Assembly: GCA_963662545.2 (NCBI GenBank)
Contig: CAXXLL010000003.1
Span: forward strand, 1,600,001-1,664,000
DNA length: 64,000 nucleotides
Direction of reading: 5' to 3'
DNA from: Gammaproteobacteria bacterium
Lineage (GTDB): Bacteria > Pseudomonadota > Gammaproteobacteria > Ga0077536
Part shown: piece by piece, positions 40,780 to 49,732 of the stretch
Layout of the letters: each line of letters begins with the position of its first letter
How positions within the stretch are numbered: the stretch's first letter is position 1
Notes under the pieces: model-generated
Seen by the model: only the letters and a program-made list of their open reading frames with translations
Databases searched by the model: none
What the model was told of the DNA's origin: nothing
Made by a program: the position numbers and the translations under genes

Positions 40780-41568
40780 ATGTTTGACATCCTGACTGAA
40801 ATCATCGCCCACAAGAAATCCGAGGTGGAAGCGAGGAAAGTCGATCGTCCGCTCGCAGATTTGGAACAACTCTGTAAATCGGTGTCCCCCTCGCGTGGCT
40901 TTCTCGCTGCCCTCATACGCAGTGTGTCCTCCGGCGATCCGGCGGTGATCGCCGAATGCAAAAAAGCGTCGCCTAGCAAAGGTGTCATTCGCGAAAATTA
41001 CGACCCTGCCGCCATTGCCAAGAGTTATCAGCGTGGCGGGGCCACTTGCCTTTCCGTGTTAACGGACGAACGTTATTTTCAAGGCGCCGACGAGCACCTC
41101 ATCGCTGCACGCAGCCAATGTGAACTGCCCGTGATTCGGAAGGATTTCGTTATCGATCCCTACCAGGTTATCGAGGCCCGTGCCCTGGGTGCGGACTGCA
41201 TTCTCCTTATCATCGCTTGCCTGCATGACAGCGAACTCGATGAGCTGTCAGCCATCGCGACCGATCTCGGAATGGATGTCCTCATCGAAGTCCACGATCG
41301 CACCGAGCTCGAGCGCGCGCTGCGAATAAGAACACCGCTGATCGGGATTAATAACCGCGATCTTAAGCGGTTCGAAACGGATATCGAGACGACGATTGGA
41401 TTGCTCAAAGATATTCCGGACGATCGGTTCGTCGTGACCGAATCGGGTATTCATACGAGTAGCGACGTCCGCCACCTCCGGAACAACGATGTGCATGCCT
41501 TTCTCGTTGGCGAAGCATTCATGCGAGCAATTGACCCTGGCGAAAAACTGCGCGAGCTTTTTTATTAG
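40780..41568 (+). CDS. trpC: Indole-3-glycerol phosphate synthase
   Basis: [33 protein letters not shown]; start set at MFDIL. Confidence 0.96.
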   Translation: MFDILTEIIAHKKSEVEARKVDRPLADLEQLCKSVSPSRGFLAALIRSVSSGDPAVIAECKKASPSKGVIRENYDPAAIAKSYQRGGATCLSVLTDERYFQGADEHLIAARSQCELPVIRKDFVIDPYQVIEARALGADCILLIIACLHDSELDELSAIATDLGMDVLIEVHDRTELERALRIRTPLIGINNRDLKRFETDIETTIGLLKDIPDDRFVVTESGIHTSSDVRHLRNNDVHAFLVGEAFMRAIDPGEKLRELFY

Positions 41569-41710
41569 AAATCTATCTCAAAATTATTCACATGCGCGCC
41601 GGTAGCCATTTTTGTGAAGTTCAAAGCGCGAGGAGTGCGGCAAAGCATAGGCTATATATGCGACGAGCAACGCCGAAATGCGCGAAAATAGCTGCCAGCC
41701 CTTCGGGTTG
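41569..41710 (+). mobile_element. Left half of a family B element at the trpC stop
   Basis: Aligns by eye with 8083-8222 (GTTCAA.GCGCGAGGAG...GCGACGAG.AACGCCGAAATGC.CGAAA...CGGGTTG). Confidence 0.75.
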
Positions 41711-41726
41711 GTCTTCTCCGGCGCGT

Positions 41727-42188
41727 TCAAGTTGTTGAAAATACAGCTTCTGGATTCCTGAACGCCTTGAATTCTAGGCAGTTTCCAGACGGGTCCTCGA
41801 GGAAGAAGGTCGCCTGCTCACCGGGTGCTTCTTTGAACCTGATATGGGGTGCTATCCGAAACGAAACACCGATATAGCTCATATGATCGACCGCGCGGTG
41901 CCAGTCTTCCCAGCTCATGATCAGGCCGAAGTGTGGCACCGGTATATCGTGGGCATCTACAGGGGTGGTGTCGACGGTTGCACCGCTGCCAATCAGGTGC
42001 GCGGTAATCTGATATCCGAAAAAGTCGAAGTCGACCCATGTTTCGCTGCTGCGTCCAATTCTGCATCCCAGGACGTCGACATAAAAGTTTCGCGCGGCCT
42101 CGAGATCGGTGACTGGAAACGCCAGGTGAAACAGCGGCCTCTGGCGAAATTCTTCCACGGCCGTGGATTTCTTTTTAGCTTTCGCCAC
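41727..42188 (-). CDS. VOC/glyoxalase-family protein (predicted dioxygenase-like)
   Basis: FHLAFPV, WVDFDFFG, PVPHFG, GEQAT, DPSGNCLEFKAF. Confidence 0.9.
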   Translation of the reverse strand: MAKAKKKSTAVEEFRQRPLFHLAFPVTDLEAARNFYVDVLGCRIGRSSETWVDFDFFGYQITAHLIGSGATVDTTPVDAHDIPVPHFGLIMSWEDWHRAVDHMSYIGVSFRIAPHIRFKEAPGEQATFFLEDPSGNCLEFKAFRNPEAVFSTT

Positions 42189-42864
42189 GGCGGGCTCCGT
42201 AATCCTCGAACCTTTTCAGCGCTTCGTTCATTTCCTCTTCGCTCAGTATAGCGGGCTCGCCGATCATCACCGCCAAAACGTACTGCTTCGCCAGTTCCTC
42301 GACTTCAACGGCAAGATCCACCGCTTCTTGTAAGGTGTTGCCGAGTGCGATCATGCCGTGGTTCGCCAATAAGCACGCCCGCCGGCCCTCGAGCGCCTCG
42401 AGTGCCCGGTCGGAAAGTTGCTGCGTGCCGAATGTCGCATAGGGCGCGCAGCGTATGGAATCACCCCCCGCGACCGCAATCATGTAATGAAAAGCGGGGA
42501 TATCCTGCCGATGGCAGGCCAATGCCGTGGCGTGCGCCGAATGCACGTGCACGATCGCGCCAACGTCGTCTCGCACTGCAAGGATATCCCTGTGAAATCG
42601 CCATTCGCTGGATGGTCTGGCGTCATCATCGAAGACCTCGGAACGGTCACGCATGTATACGATACTCTCCGGGGTAAGCTCTCCGGGCTTGACGCCGCTC
42701 GGCGTGATCAAATATCCCGAGGCAGCACGTACGCTCACGTTGCCTGCCGTGCCACAGTTCAGACCCTGCCGCTCGAGACGGCGCATGGCTTCGCAGACGG
42801 CTTCACGGGAAACTCCGAGTGTACGCGTGGACTCGAACCCCTGAGATCCGTTCCCCATATTCAA
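42175..42864 (-). CDS. Class II aldolase (FucA/Ald2-like)
   Basis: GNVS, ITPSG, PSSEWRFH, VHVHS, HYMIAVAGG..IRCAPYATFG, LANHG. Confidence 0.92.
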   Translation of the reverse strand: MNMGNGSQGFESTRTLGVSREAVCEAMRRLERQGLNCGTAGNVSVRAASGYLITPSGVKPGELTPESIVYMRDRSEVFDDDARPSSEWRFHRDILAVRDDVGAIVHVHSAHATALACHRQDIPAFHYMIAVAGGDSIRCAPYATFGTQQLSDRALEALEGRRACLLANHGMIALGNTLQEAVDLAVEVEELAKQYVLAVMIGEPAILSEEEMNEALKRFEDYGARRGES

Positions 42865-44375
42865 TGTAGAAAAAGGCGGTAGGCCGGGTTCGTCGTTTCG
42901 TCTTCGAACGGCATGTCGAGTTCTTTGATCACTGTCTCGAATTCTTCACTTTGCGCCGGCGGAACCTGGATTCCCATTAATACCCGACCGTAAGCAGCGC
43001 CATGATTGCGGTAATGGAACAGGCTGATGTTCCAGCGTTCGCCGATATGTGTGAGAAATCGAAGCAAGGCCCCGGGACGCTCCGGGAATTCAAAACGCAA
43101 CAACCGTTCGTGCTCGACACCGCCACCATGTCCCCCGACCATGAACCGCACGTGAATTTTCGCGACGTCGTCATTGGTCATGTCGATGACCTCGTATCCG
43201 CGCGAACGTAGATTCGAAATGAGTAGACGGCGTTCACTCTCACGATTTTTGATTTTAATACCGGCGAATACCGTAGCCTGCTTCGCGTCCGCGTATCGAT
43301 AATTGAATTCCGTGATGAGGCGCGGGCCCAATGCATGGCAGAATTCGCGAAAGCTGCCGGGCCGCTCGGGAATGACCACGCCGATGAGAACTTCGCGCTG
43401 CTCGCCCAGTTCAGCTAATTCAGCGATGTGCCGCAGGCGGTCGAAATTAACATTTGCGCCACTCAAAATGGCGATGTATTCGGCATTCGAGACGCCTTCA
43501 CGGGCAACGTACTGTTTGACACCCGCCAGGGAAAGCGCTCCCGCCGGTTCGGCGATCGAGCGCGTATCTTCGAAAATATCCTTAACCGCGGCGCAGATTT
43601 CGTCGATCGAAACGGTCAACATTTCGTCAACGCACTGTTTGGCTATTTTAAACGTCTCTTCTCCGACCTGACGCACGGCGGCGCCATCGGCAAAAATACC
43701 GACGCGTTCGAGCGTCACGCGCTCGCCGGCTTCGAGTGCGCGCTTCATGCTAGGCGCTTCATCGGGTTCGACGCCAATGATACGGATTTCGGGGGCCAAG
43801 GCCTTGACATAAACTGCGATGCCCGCGATCAATCCACCACCACCCACCGGGACGAATATTGCGTCGATGGGCTTGCTGTGCTGCCGCAGAATCTCCATTG
43901 CGACGGTTCCCTGGCCGGCGATGACCAAGGGGTGATCGTAGGGCGGCACGTAGGACAGCCCGCGTTCTGCTTCAAGTTTATGCGCGTGCTCGCTGGCCTC
44001 ATCGTAAGTATTACCGTGAAGGACGATTTCGGCTCCCAGACGTCGGACAGACTCGATTTTGATTTCGGGCGTCGTTTTAGGCATGACGATCGTCGCCGCG
44101 GTATCGAGTTTGCGTGCGGCAAGAGCCACGCCTTGGGCATGATTCCCGGCCGACGCCGTGATTACTCCACTGCCCAACTCCTCGTTCGACAAGGAAGCCA
44201 TCAGATTGTAGGCCCCTCGAATCTTATAGGAGAACACCGACTGCATGTCTTCGCGTTTGAGCCACACCTGGTTGCCGATCCGGCGAGAGATGGCCGGCGC
44301 GATTTCGAGCGGGGTTTCCCGGGCGACATCGTAGACCGGGGCTTTCAGAATCATCTTTACGTAACTGTCCAGCAT
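42861..44375 (-). CDS. ilvA: Threonine ammonia-lyase, biosynthetic
   Basis: KREDMQSVFSYKIRGA, SAGNHAQG, FADGAAV, two regulatory repeats, NPAYRLFL. Confidence 0.97.
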   Translation of the reverse strand: MLDSYVKMILKAPVYDVARETPLEIAPAISRRIGNQVWLKREDMQSVFSYKIRGAYNLMASLSNEELGSGVITASAGNHAQGVALAARKLDTAATIVMPKTTPEIKIESVRRLGAEIVLHGNTYDEASEHAHKLEAERGLSYVPPYDHPLVIAGQGTVAMEILRQHSKPIDAIFVPVGGGGLIAGIAVYVKALAPEIRIIGVEPDEAPSMKRALEAGERVTLERVGIFADGAAVRQVGEETFKIAKQCVDEMLTVSIDEICAAVKDIFEDTRSIAEPAGALSLAGVKQYVAREGVSNAEYIAILSGANVNFDRLRHIAELAELGEQREVLIGVVIPERPGSFREFCHALGPRLITEFNYRYADAKQATVFAGIKIKNRESERRLLISNLRSRGYEVIDMTNDDVAKIHVRFMVGGHGGGVEHERLLRFEFPERPGALLRFLTHIGERWNISLFHYRNHGAAYGRVLMGIQVPPAQSEEFETVIKELDMPFEDETTNPAYRLFLH

Positions 44376-44412
44376 GTTAATACGATAACATCTAGCACCT
44401 CGCCGGACTCAG

Positions 44413-44574
44413 GGAACCCCTGAATAAATCATGGCCCATCTGCCTTGCCCATGAAATCGCGGAGCCTTAACCGACGAACCTTGCCCGTAGTCCCCGCTAT
44501 GGCCTGCGCTTCGTGCCTTGCTCTGCACCATGGCATGAACCATTCAGACGCTCCATGATTTATTCAGTGGTTCC
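44413..44574 (-). mobile_element. MITE family A copy 4 (162 bp) in the divergent ilvA/rpiA promoter region
   Basis: GGAACCCCTGAATAA...TTATTCAGTGGTTCC|TTAG. Confidence 0.88.
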
Positions 44575-44686
44575 TTAGGGTGAATCTATTACGGCGTTAG
44601 GAAAGTTGGGATTCCCCAGGTCCCGCAGCCTGCTGGGGCTGATCTAACAATCGATGGAGCCCGATATTTACGCGGATTGAACCGAT

Positions 44687-45346
44687 ATGAACTCCCAAGA
44701 CGAGAAAAAACGCGCTGCCGCACGCGCCGCCATCGAATTCGTTGAAGACGATTCCATTATTGGCGTCGGTACGGGCAGCACGACAAATTATTTCATTGAC
44801 GAACTCGCCGGATTGAAGGCGCGCCTCGACGGTGCCGTCGCAAGTTCACAAGCGAGCGCCGAACGCCTCCGCCAATTCGGTATCCCCCTTCTAGATCTCA
44901 ATGCGGCCGGTGAGTTGTCCGTCTATGTGGATGGTGCAGATGAAGCTACGCGGCACCTCCATTTGATCAAGGGCGGAGGTGGCGCCCTCACCCGCGAAAA
45001 AATCGTGGCCCAGGCAAGCCGCCGCTTCGTTTGCATCATTGATGACACGAAGCTGGTTGATCGCCTGGGTGAATTCCCGCTCCCGATTGAGGTCATTCCG
45101 ATGGCGCGCAGTTTCGTGGCACGTGAACTCGTAAAGCTGGGTGGCTCGCCAGAATGGCGCGCGGATTTCGTCACGGACAACGGTAATTACATTCTTGACG
45201 TCTATAACCTGCGCATCATCGAACCCGTGCGCCTTGAAGAAGACCTGAATCAGATTCCGGGTATCGTGGCCAATGGATTGTTCGCTCGCAGACCGGCCGA
45301 CATCGTGCTGATCGGGACCGCAGACGGCGTTACCCGTATCGAATAA
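44687..45346 (+). CDS. rpiA: Ribose-5-phosphate isomerase A
   Basis: [32 protein letters not shown]. Confidence 0.97.
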   Translation: MNSQDEKKRAAARAAIEFVEDDSIIGVGTGSTTNYFIDELAGLKARLDGAVASSQASAERLRQFGIPLLDLNAAGELSVYVDGADEATRHLHLIKGGGGALTREKIVAQASRRFVCIIDDTKLVDRLGEFPLPIEVIPMARSFVARELVKLGGSPEWRADFVTDNGNYILDVYNLRIIEPVRLEEDLNQIPGIVANGLFARRPADIVLIGTADGVTRIE

Positions 45347-45382
45347 AAATGATCTAAGTGATTCGGCGTATTGTCGCTAATC

Positions 45383-46192
45383 TTATGGTTTTTCGGCCGC
45401 TGAGGTTTCATCCATATCGTCTTCGTCCTTGTCGGCGGGAATTACATTTCGGCAAAGGAAGAGGCCGAGTTCGAACAGCAGCCATATCGGAACTGCCAGC
45501 AGGATCTGTGATATGACGTCAGGCGGCGTCAAAAGCATTCCGAGCGCGAACGCCCCGACGATAACGTAGGGTCGCTTTTGACCCAGTGATTCCACCGTTG
45601 AAATTCCGGTGCGTACGATCAGAAAAGTTGCAACCGGCACTTCGAAAGCGATCCCGAAAGCGAAAAACAGCTTCAGGACGAAATCCAAATACCTGCTGAT
45701 ATCCGTCATGATGGTCACGCCTTCCGGCGCGGCGGATGTAAAGAATCCGAATACGAGAGGGAAAACGACGAAGTAGCAGAAAACGATACCCAAATAAAAC
45801 AGTAAGGTGCTTGAAATCAGCAGCGGCATCGCCAGGTGTTTTTCCTTCAAATACAGGCCCGGCGCAACGAACGCCCATGCCTGATAGAAAATGAAGGGGG
45901 CGGAAATGAAAACTGCGACGAATAACGCCAGCTTGAACGGGGCGAAGAACGGTGACGCGACTTCCGTTGCGATCATGGAAGAACTTCCAGGCAGGTAAAC
46001 CAGCAACGGTTCCGCGAGCCACAGAAAAAGCTGATTGGCCAGCGGCATCAGGCACAACAACACGATGAATACACAAGCCAAGGCTCGAAGGATCCGATTC
46101 CGCAATTCAAACAGATGCGATACGAAGCTCTGCTGCTTCTGGTCTAGACCGTCGTCCTCTTCCGATTGGTTTTGCGATTCTTTGGAGGGCAT
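45383..46192 (-). CDS. tatC: Tat translocase subunit TatC
   Basis: HLFELRNR, FVAPGLY, FEVP, LTPPDVISQ. Confidence 0.97.
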   Translation of the reverse strand: MPSKESQNQSEEDDGLDQKQQSFVSHLFELRNRILRALACVFIVLLCLMPLANQLFLWLAEPLLVYLPGSSSMIATEVASPFFAPFKLALFVAVFISAPFIFYQAWAFVAPGLYLKEKHLAMPLLISSTLLFYLGIVFCYFVVFPLVFGFFTSAAPEGVTIMTDISRYLDFVLKLFFAFGIAFEVPVATFLIVRTGISTVESLGQKRPYVIVGAFALGMLLTPPDVISQILLAVPIWLLFELGLFLCRNVIPADKDEDDMDETSAAEKP

Positions 46193-46240
46193 TTCGAAAT
46201 TCGCGCGACTGAAGGCGTCGCGATCCGGCCCGATCGGGGA

Positions 46241-46534
46241 TCAGACCTTGTCTTCTGACTTCTGAGGCGTCGAGTCGGTGGCGGAAATTTTATCCAGGCC
46301 TTTCACCAGGCCTTTCAGGCGTTTGTCTTCAGCAAGGAATTCCCGACTCACGTCTTTGATATCCAGGGCGATAGCTTCACGCTCGAGTTCACTGCGCACT
46401 TCGCGCGCGAGGCGCTGTCCGCGCCCCACCCATTTTCCAGCGGTTCGAATCATGCCCGGCAGGCGCTCGGGGCCGACGAACAGAAGCGCAACGATGGCAA
46501 TTATGCCGATTTCCCAAAATCCGATATCGAACAT
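46241..46534 (-). CDS. tatB: Tat translocase subunit TatB
   Basis: MFDIGFWE, GPERLP. Confidence 0.95.
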   Translation of the reverse strand: MFDIGFWEIGIIAIVALLFVGPERLPGMIRTAGKWVGRGQRLAREVRSELEREAIALDIKDVSREFLAEDKRLKGLVKGLDKISATDSTPQKSEDKV

Positions 46535-46546
46535 GGAAATTCGTCG

Positions 46547-46807
46547 TTAAACTTCTTCTTTCTCTGCGTGGGCTTCGCCATCGACGACGCGGTTTGTATC
46601 CTCCGCGGCGTGGGCCTCACCTTCGATGACGCGTTTCGTATCCTCCGCAGCAATTTCCTCGTCCTCAACCGGCTCCTCTCTCATGGCTTTGCGAAAATCC
46701 GCTATCCAACCGCCGACGTCCGAACCGACGCCTTTGATTTTTTTGGTGCCAAAAATCAGCATGACGATGATAAGTATGACTACGAGTTCTTTAATACCGA
46801 ATGACAT
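46547..46807 (-). CDS. tatA: Tat translocase subunit TatA
   Basis: LIFGTKK...GSDVG...FRKAM. Confidence 0.95.
   Translation of the reverse strand: MSFGIKELVVILIIVMLIFGTKKIKGVGSDVGGWIADFRKAMREEPVEDEEIAAEDTKRVIEGEAHAAEDTNRVVDGEAHAEKEEV
46566..46649. repeat. 42-bp tandem duplication in the tatA tail
   Basis: AAEDTKRVIEGEAH / AAEDTNRVVDGEAH. Confidence 0.85.
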
Positions 46808-46846
46808 CTGTTGCCTCCGATGCGATAAGCAGTACGGTAATTGCGG

Positions 46847-47173
46847 CTATGACGGCTTACTACTGCGTGACGCTTTTTCCGCCAGACCCGAAACCCCGAA
46901 CCGCCTTTCAAGTTCATTGAGCACTTCGTCCAGCTCTATGTCCATGAATTTTAGCAAAATCATGGAATGAAACCATAAATCCGCGGTTTCGTACACAATT
47001 TGTTTCCGATCCCCTGATTTTCCGGCGATTATCGTCTCACTGGCTTCTTCATCGATCTTGCTCAAAATTCGATCGATACCGTCCTTAAACAAGCCCGCGA
47101 CATACGATTCGTCGGGTGACGCGCTACGACGCGCATCGATTACATCCCCAAGACGCTGCAAAATGTCGCTCAC
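46847..47173 (-). CDS. hisE: Phosphoribosyl-ATP diphosphatase
   Basis: [30 protein letters not shown]. Confidence 0.95.
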   Translation of the reverse strand: MSDILQRLGDVIDARRSASPDESYVAGLFKDGIDRILSKIDEEASETIIAGKSGDRKQIVYETADLWFHSMILLKFMDIELDEVLNELERRFGVSGLAEKASRSSKPS

Positions 47174-47580
47174 CTATGATCCCTCGATTTCGACCGGCTG
47201 TTATCGTAAATGTCCTCCGGTTTGCGCAGGACCGGATCCGTCTCTTTCCAGTGGCCGTCGTCGAATATGCGGTAAAAGCATCGTTCGTGCCCCGTATGAC
47301 AGGCGATGCCGCCGACCTGCTCGACCACCAGTAGTATTGCATCCGCGTCGCAATCGATCCTGATTTCCCGAATGAGCTGGATGTGACCCGACTCTTCTCC
47401 TTTGCGCCAGAGTTTGCCCCTTGATCGAGACCAATAGACCGCGCGGCCCTCCTGTATGCTCGCTTCCAGCGCCTTTTGGTTCAACCAGGCCAAAGTCAGG
47501 ACGCGCCCGCTGGCCACATCCTGGGCGATCACGGGAACAAGCCCCTGCTCATTCCAGATAATTTCGTCTTGCCAACTCAC
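47170..47580 (-). CDS. hisI: Phosphoribosyl-AMP cyclohydrolase
   Basis: [27 protein letters not shown]; GTG start. Confidence 0.95.
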   Translation of the reverse strand: MSWQDEIIWNEQGLVPVIAQDVASGRVLTLAWLNQKALEASIQEGRAVYWSRSRGKLWRKGEESGHIQLIREIRIDCDADAILLVVEQVGGIACHTGHERCFYRIFDDGHWKETDPVLRKPEDIYDNSRSKSRDHR

Positions 47581-48344
47581 AATCTCACCTCGATCCCGGC
47601 GGCCTGCATGCATCTCTTGGCTTCATCGACGCTGTGCTCGCCGAAATGAAAAATACTTGCGGCGAGTACGGCGTCGGCATGGCCGAGCCGAATACCGTCG
47701 ACGAGATGATCCAGCGAGCCGACCCCGCCCGAGGCAATGACGGGAATCGAAACGGCATCGGCGACGGCCTTCGTCAGTTTAACGTCATAACCGAGGCGGG
47801 TACCGTCTCTGTCCATGCTCGTCAGCAGTATCTCGCCAGCGCCTGCCTCCGCCATCTGTTGTGCCCACTCCACCGCGTCGATTCCCGTTGGATTGCGGCC
47901 ACCATGAGTGTAAACCTCCCAACACTCGTTCGCATTCGTCACCGCCCGTGCGTCGATCGCAACGACGATGCATTGCGATCCAAACCTCGATGACGCATCG
48001 CGCACGAGACTCGGATTCTGTACGGCCGCCGTATTGATGCCCACTTTGTCGGCACCGGCTTTAAGCATACGCCGGACATCGTCTACGCTTCGAATCCCGC
48101 CGCCTACGGTGAGCGGAATGAAGACCTCCGCTGCCACGGCTTCGACTACGTGTACGATGGTGTCGCGCTCGTCACTGCTCGCTGTGATATCCAGAAAAGT
48201 GATTTCGTCGGCGCCCTGTTCGTCGTAACGCCGTGCGACTTCGATTGGATCGCCGGCATCACGAATATCGACGAACCGAACGCCCTTGACGACCCGCCCA
48301 GCGTCGACATCGAGACACGGAATAACGCGTTTGGCGAGGCCCAT
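47577..48344 (-). CDS. hisF: Imidazole glycerol phosphate synthase subunit HisF
   Basis: [31 protein letters not shown]. Confidence 0.97.
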   Translation of the reverse strand: MGLAKRVIPCLDVDAGRVVKGVRFVDIRDAGDPIEVARRYDEQGADEITFLDITASSDERDTIVHVVEAVAAEVFIPLTVGGGIRSVDDVRRMLKAGADKVGINTAAVQNPSLVRDASSRFGSQCIVVAIDARAVTNANECWEVYTHGGRNPTGIDAVEWAQQMAEAGAGEILLTSMDRDGTRLGYDVKLTKAVADAVSIPVIASGGVGSLDHLVDGIRLGHADAVLAASIFHFGEHSVDEAKRCMQAAGIEVRL

Positions 48345-49093
48345 CAGGGTGCGGAATTGCCGCAGAGTTCGTCGGCCAGAATTTGAGCCTCCGAGAACTC
48401 GAGTGTGCCTTCGTAAATGGCCCGCCCCGTGATTGCTCCATCAATGCCTTCCGCATGCACGTCGCATAAGGCACGGATATCGTCGAGATTCGCCACACCG
48501 CCCGAAGCGATGACCGGTACATTCAGATTTCGTGCGAAATTGACCGTTGCTTCGACATTCAGGCCAGACATCATACCGTCTCGCCCGATGTCGGTGAAAA
48601 CTATCGCGGCCACGCCGTCTGTTTCGAAATGCTGCGCCAGATCCACTGCATCGTGACGGGATAATTTCGACCAGCCGTCGATTGCCACTTTTCCTTCGCG
48701 GACATCGAGGCCGACGATGATATGTCCCGGGAATTCTATACAAACGTCCGAGACGAAGTGTGGCGCAGTTACGGCTTTCGTTCCAAGAATCACGAACCGA
48801 ACGCCTGCGTCCAGGTATTCCTGGATCGTGTCCTCGTCGCGAATGCCCCCCCCCACTTGAATCGGGACATCGGGGCATGAGTCCGCAATTTCGTGGATGA
48901 TGACCGAGTTGACCGGCTTCCCGTCCGATGCACCATCCAAATCGACGATGTGCAGCCTTCTCGCGCCGGCATCGACCCAGCGACGCGCGACAGACACTGG
49001 GTCATCTGAATATACCGTGACTTGCGACATGTCGCCTTGCTTCAAACGGACGCATTTTCCGTCTTTTAGATCGATAGCGGGAATTAAAAGCAT
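48344..49093 (-). CDS. hisA: ProFAR isomerase
   Basis: [35 protein letters not shown]. Confidence 0.97.
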   Translation of the reverse strand: MLLIPAIDLKDGKCVRLKQGDMSQVTVYSDDPVSVARRWVDAGARRLHIVDLDGASDGKPVNSVIIHEIADSCPDVPIQVGGGIRDEDTIQEYLDAGVRFVILGTKAVTAPHFVSDVCIEFPGHIIVGLDVREGKVAIDGWSKLSRHDAVDLAQHFETDGVAAIVFTDIGRDGMMSGLNVEATVNFARNLNVPVIASGGVANLDDIRALCDVHAEGIDGAITGRAIYEGTLEFSEAQILADELCGNSAP

Positions 49094-49242
49094 CGAACTA
49101 CAGATGATCGATGGACAGGCGGGCGGCGGGGATCTACCGGTTGCTTAGAGTAGATGACTCTAAAAGTAATTATTGATGTGTCTGATTAATGGTAGCACAA
49201 GGTTCATTGAATATCGTCTTGAGGTCCGCGACAGATCGCTGC

Positions 49243-49284
49243 CAGGCTTTTGAAACACGATAGGATCTCGTTTTCAACATCCTT
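49243..49284. repeat. Short family C palindrome abutting element D
   Basis: CAGGCTTTTGAAACACGATAGGATCTCGTTTTCAACATCCT. Confidence 0.55.
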
Positions 49285-49288
49285 CTAG

Positions 49289-49732
49289 TGTGCTATCCCA
49301 TAATAAACTGCAATAAGTCACGCAGGCCTCATTTTGCGATACAAGGCGCGAGGAGGCGTCGTATCGGAACAAATTCGTCGGGAACACAATTCTGTCGGGA
49401 ACAGTATTGGACGCGCCCAGTGCGCCCGCAGGGTGAGCGCCATGGATGGCGCGAATCCAATTTGGACCGCCGCAGGCGGGCCCGAAGGGCGGATGCCATG
49501 GACGGTATCCGCACAAATTCGTCGGGAACACAATTCTGTCAGGAGCAGAATTGGACGCGCGTAGCGCGCCCGCACGATGAGCGCCGGGAATGGTGCGAAT
49601 TAAAGTTGGATCCCCGCAGGCCGGCGCGAAGGGCGGATGCCATGGAAGGCATCCGTAATACGACCAGAGTCGCAACGCCGTAGCGCGGCACGAGGATCGG
49701 CGAATGATGAAGGATTGTTGCGGAATAGCGCA
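49289..49732. mobile_element. MITE-like element D with CTAG duplication at the polA stop, carrying nested repeats
   Basis: CTAG|TGTGCTATCCCATAA ... TTGCGGAATAGCGCA|CTAG. Confidence 0.8.
49369..49656 (+). repeat. Two tandem 144-bp units, each a ~72-nt multi-hairpin element interrupted by a related ~72-nt element
   Basis: ACAAATTCGTCGGGAACACAATTCTGTC at 49369 and 49513; GAAGGGCGGATGCCATGGA in both units. Confidence 0.9.

Noticed and set aside
49369-49512. The ~72-nt units as tRNA genes
   Set aside because: No acceptor stem, TTCGA T-loop or CCA end.
49369-49656. Possible CRISPR array
   Set aside because: Only two 144-bp units, the intervening parts are homologous rather than unique spacers, and no cas genes are present.
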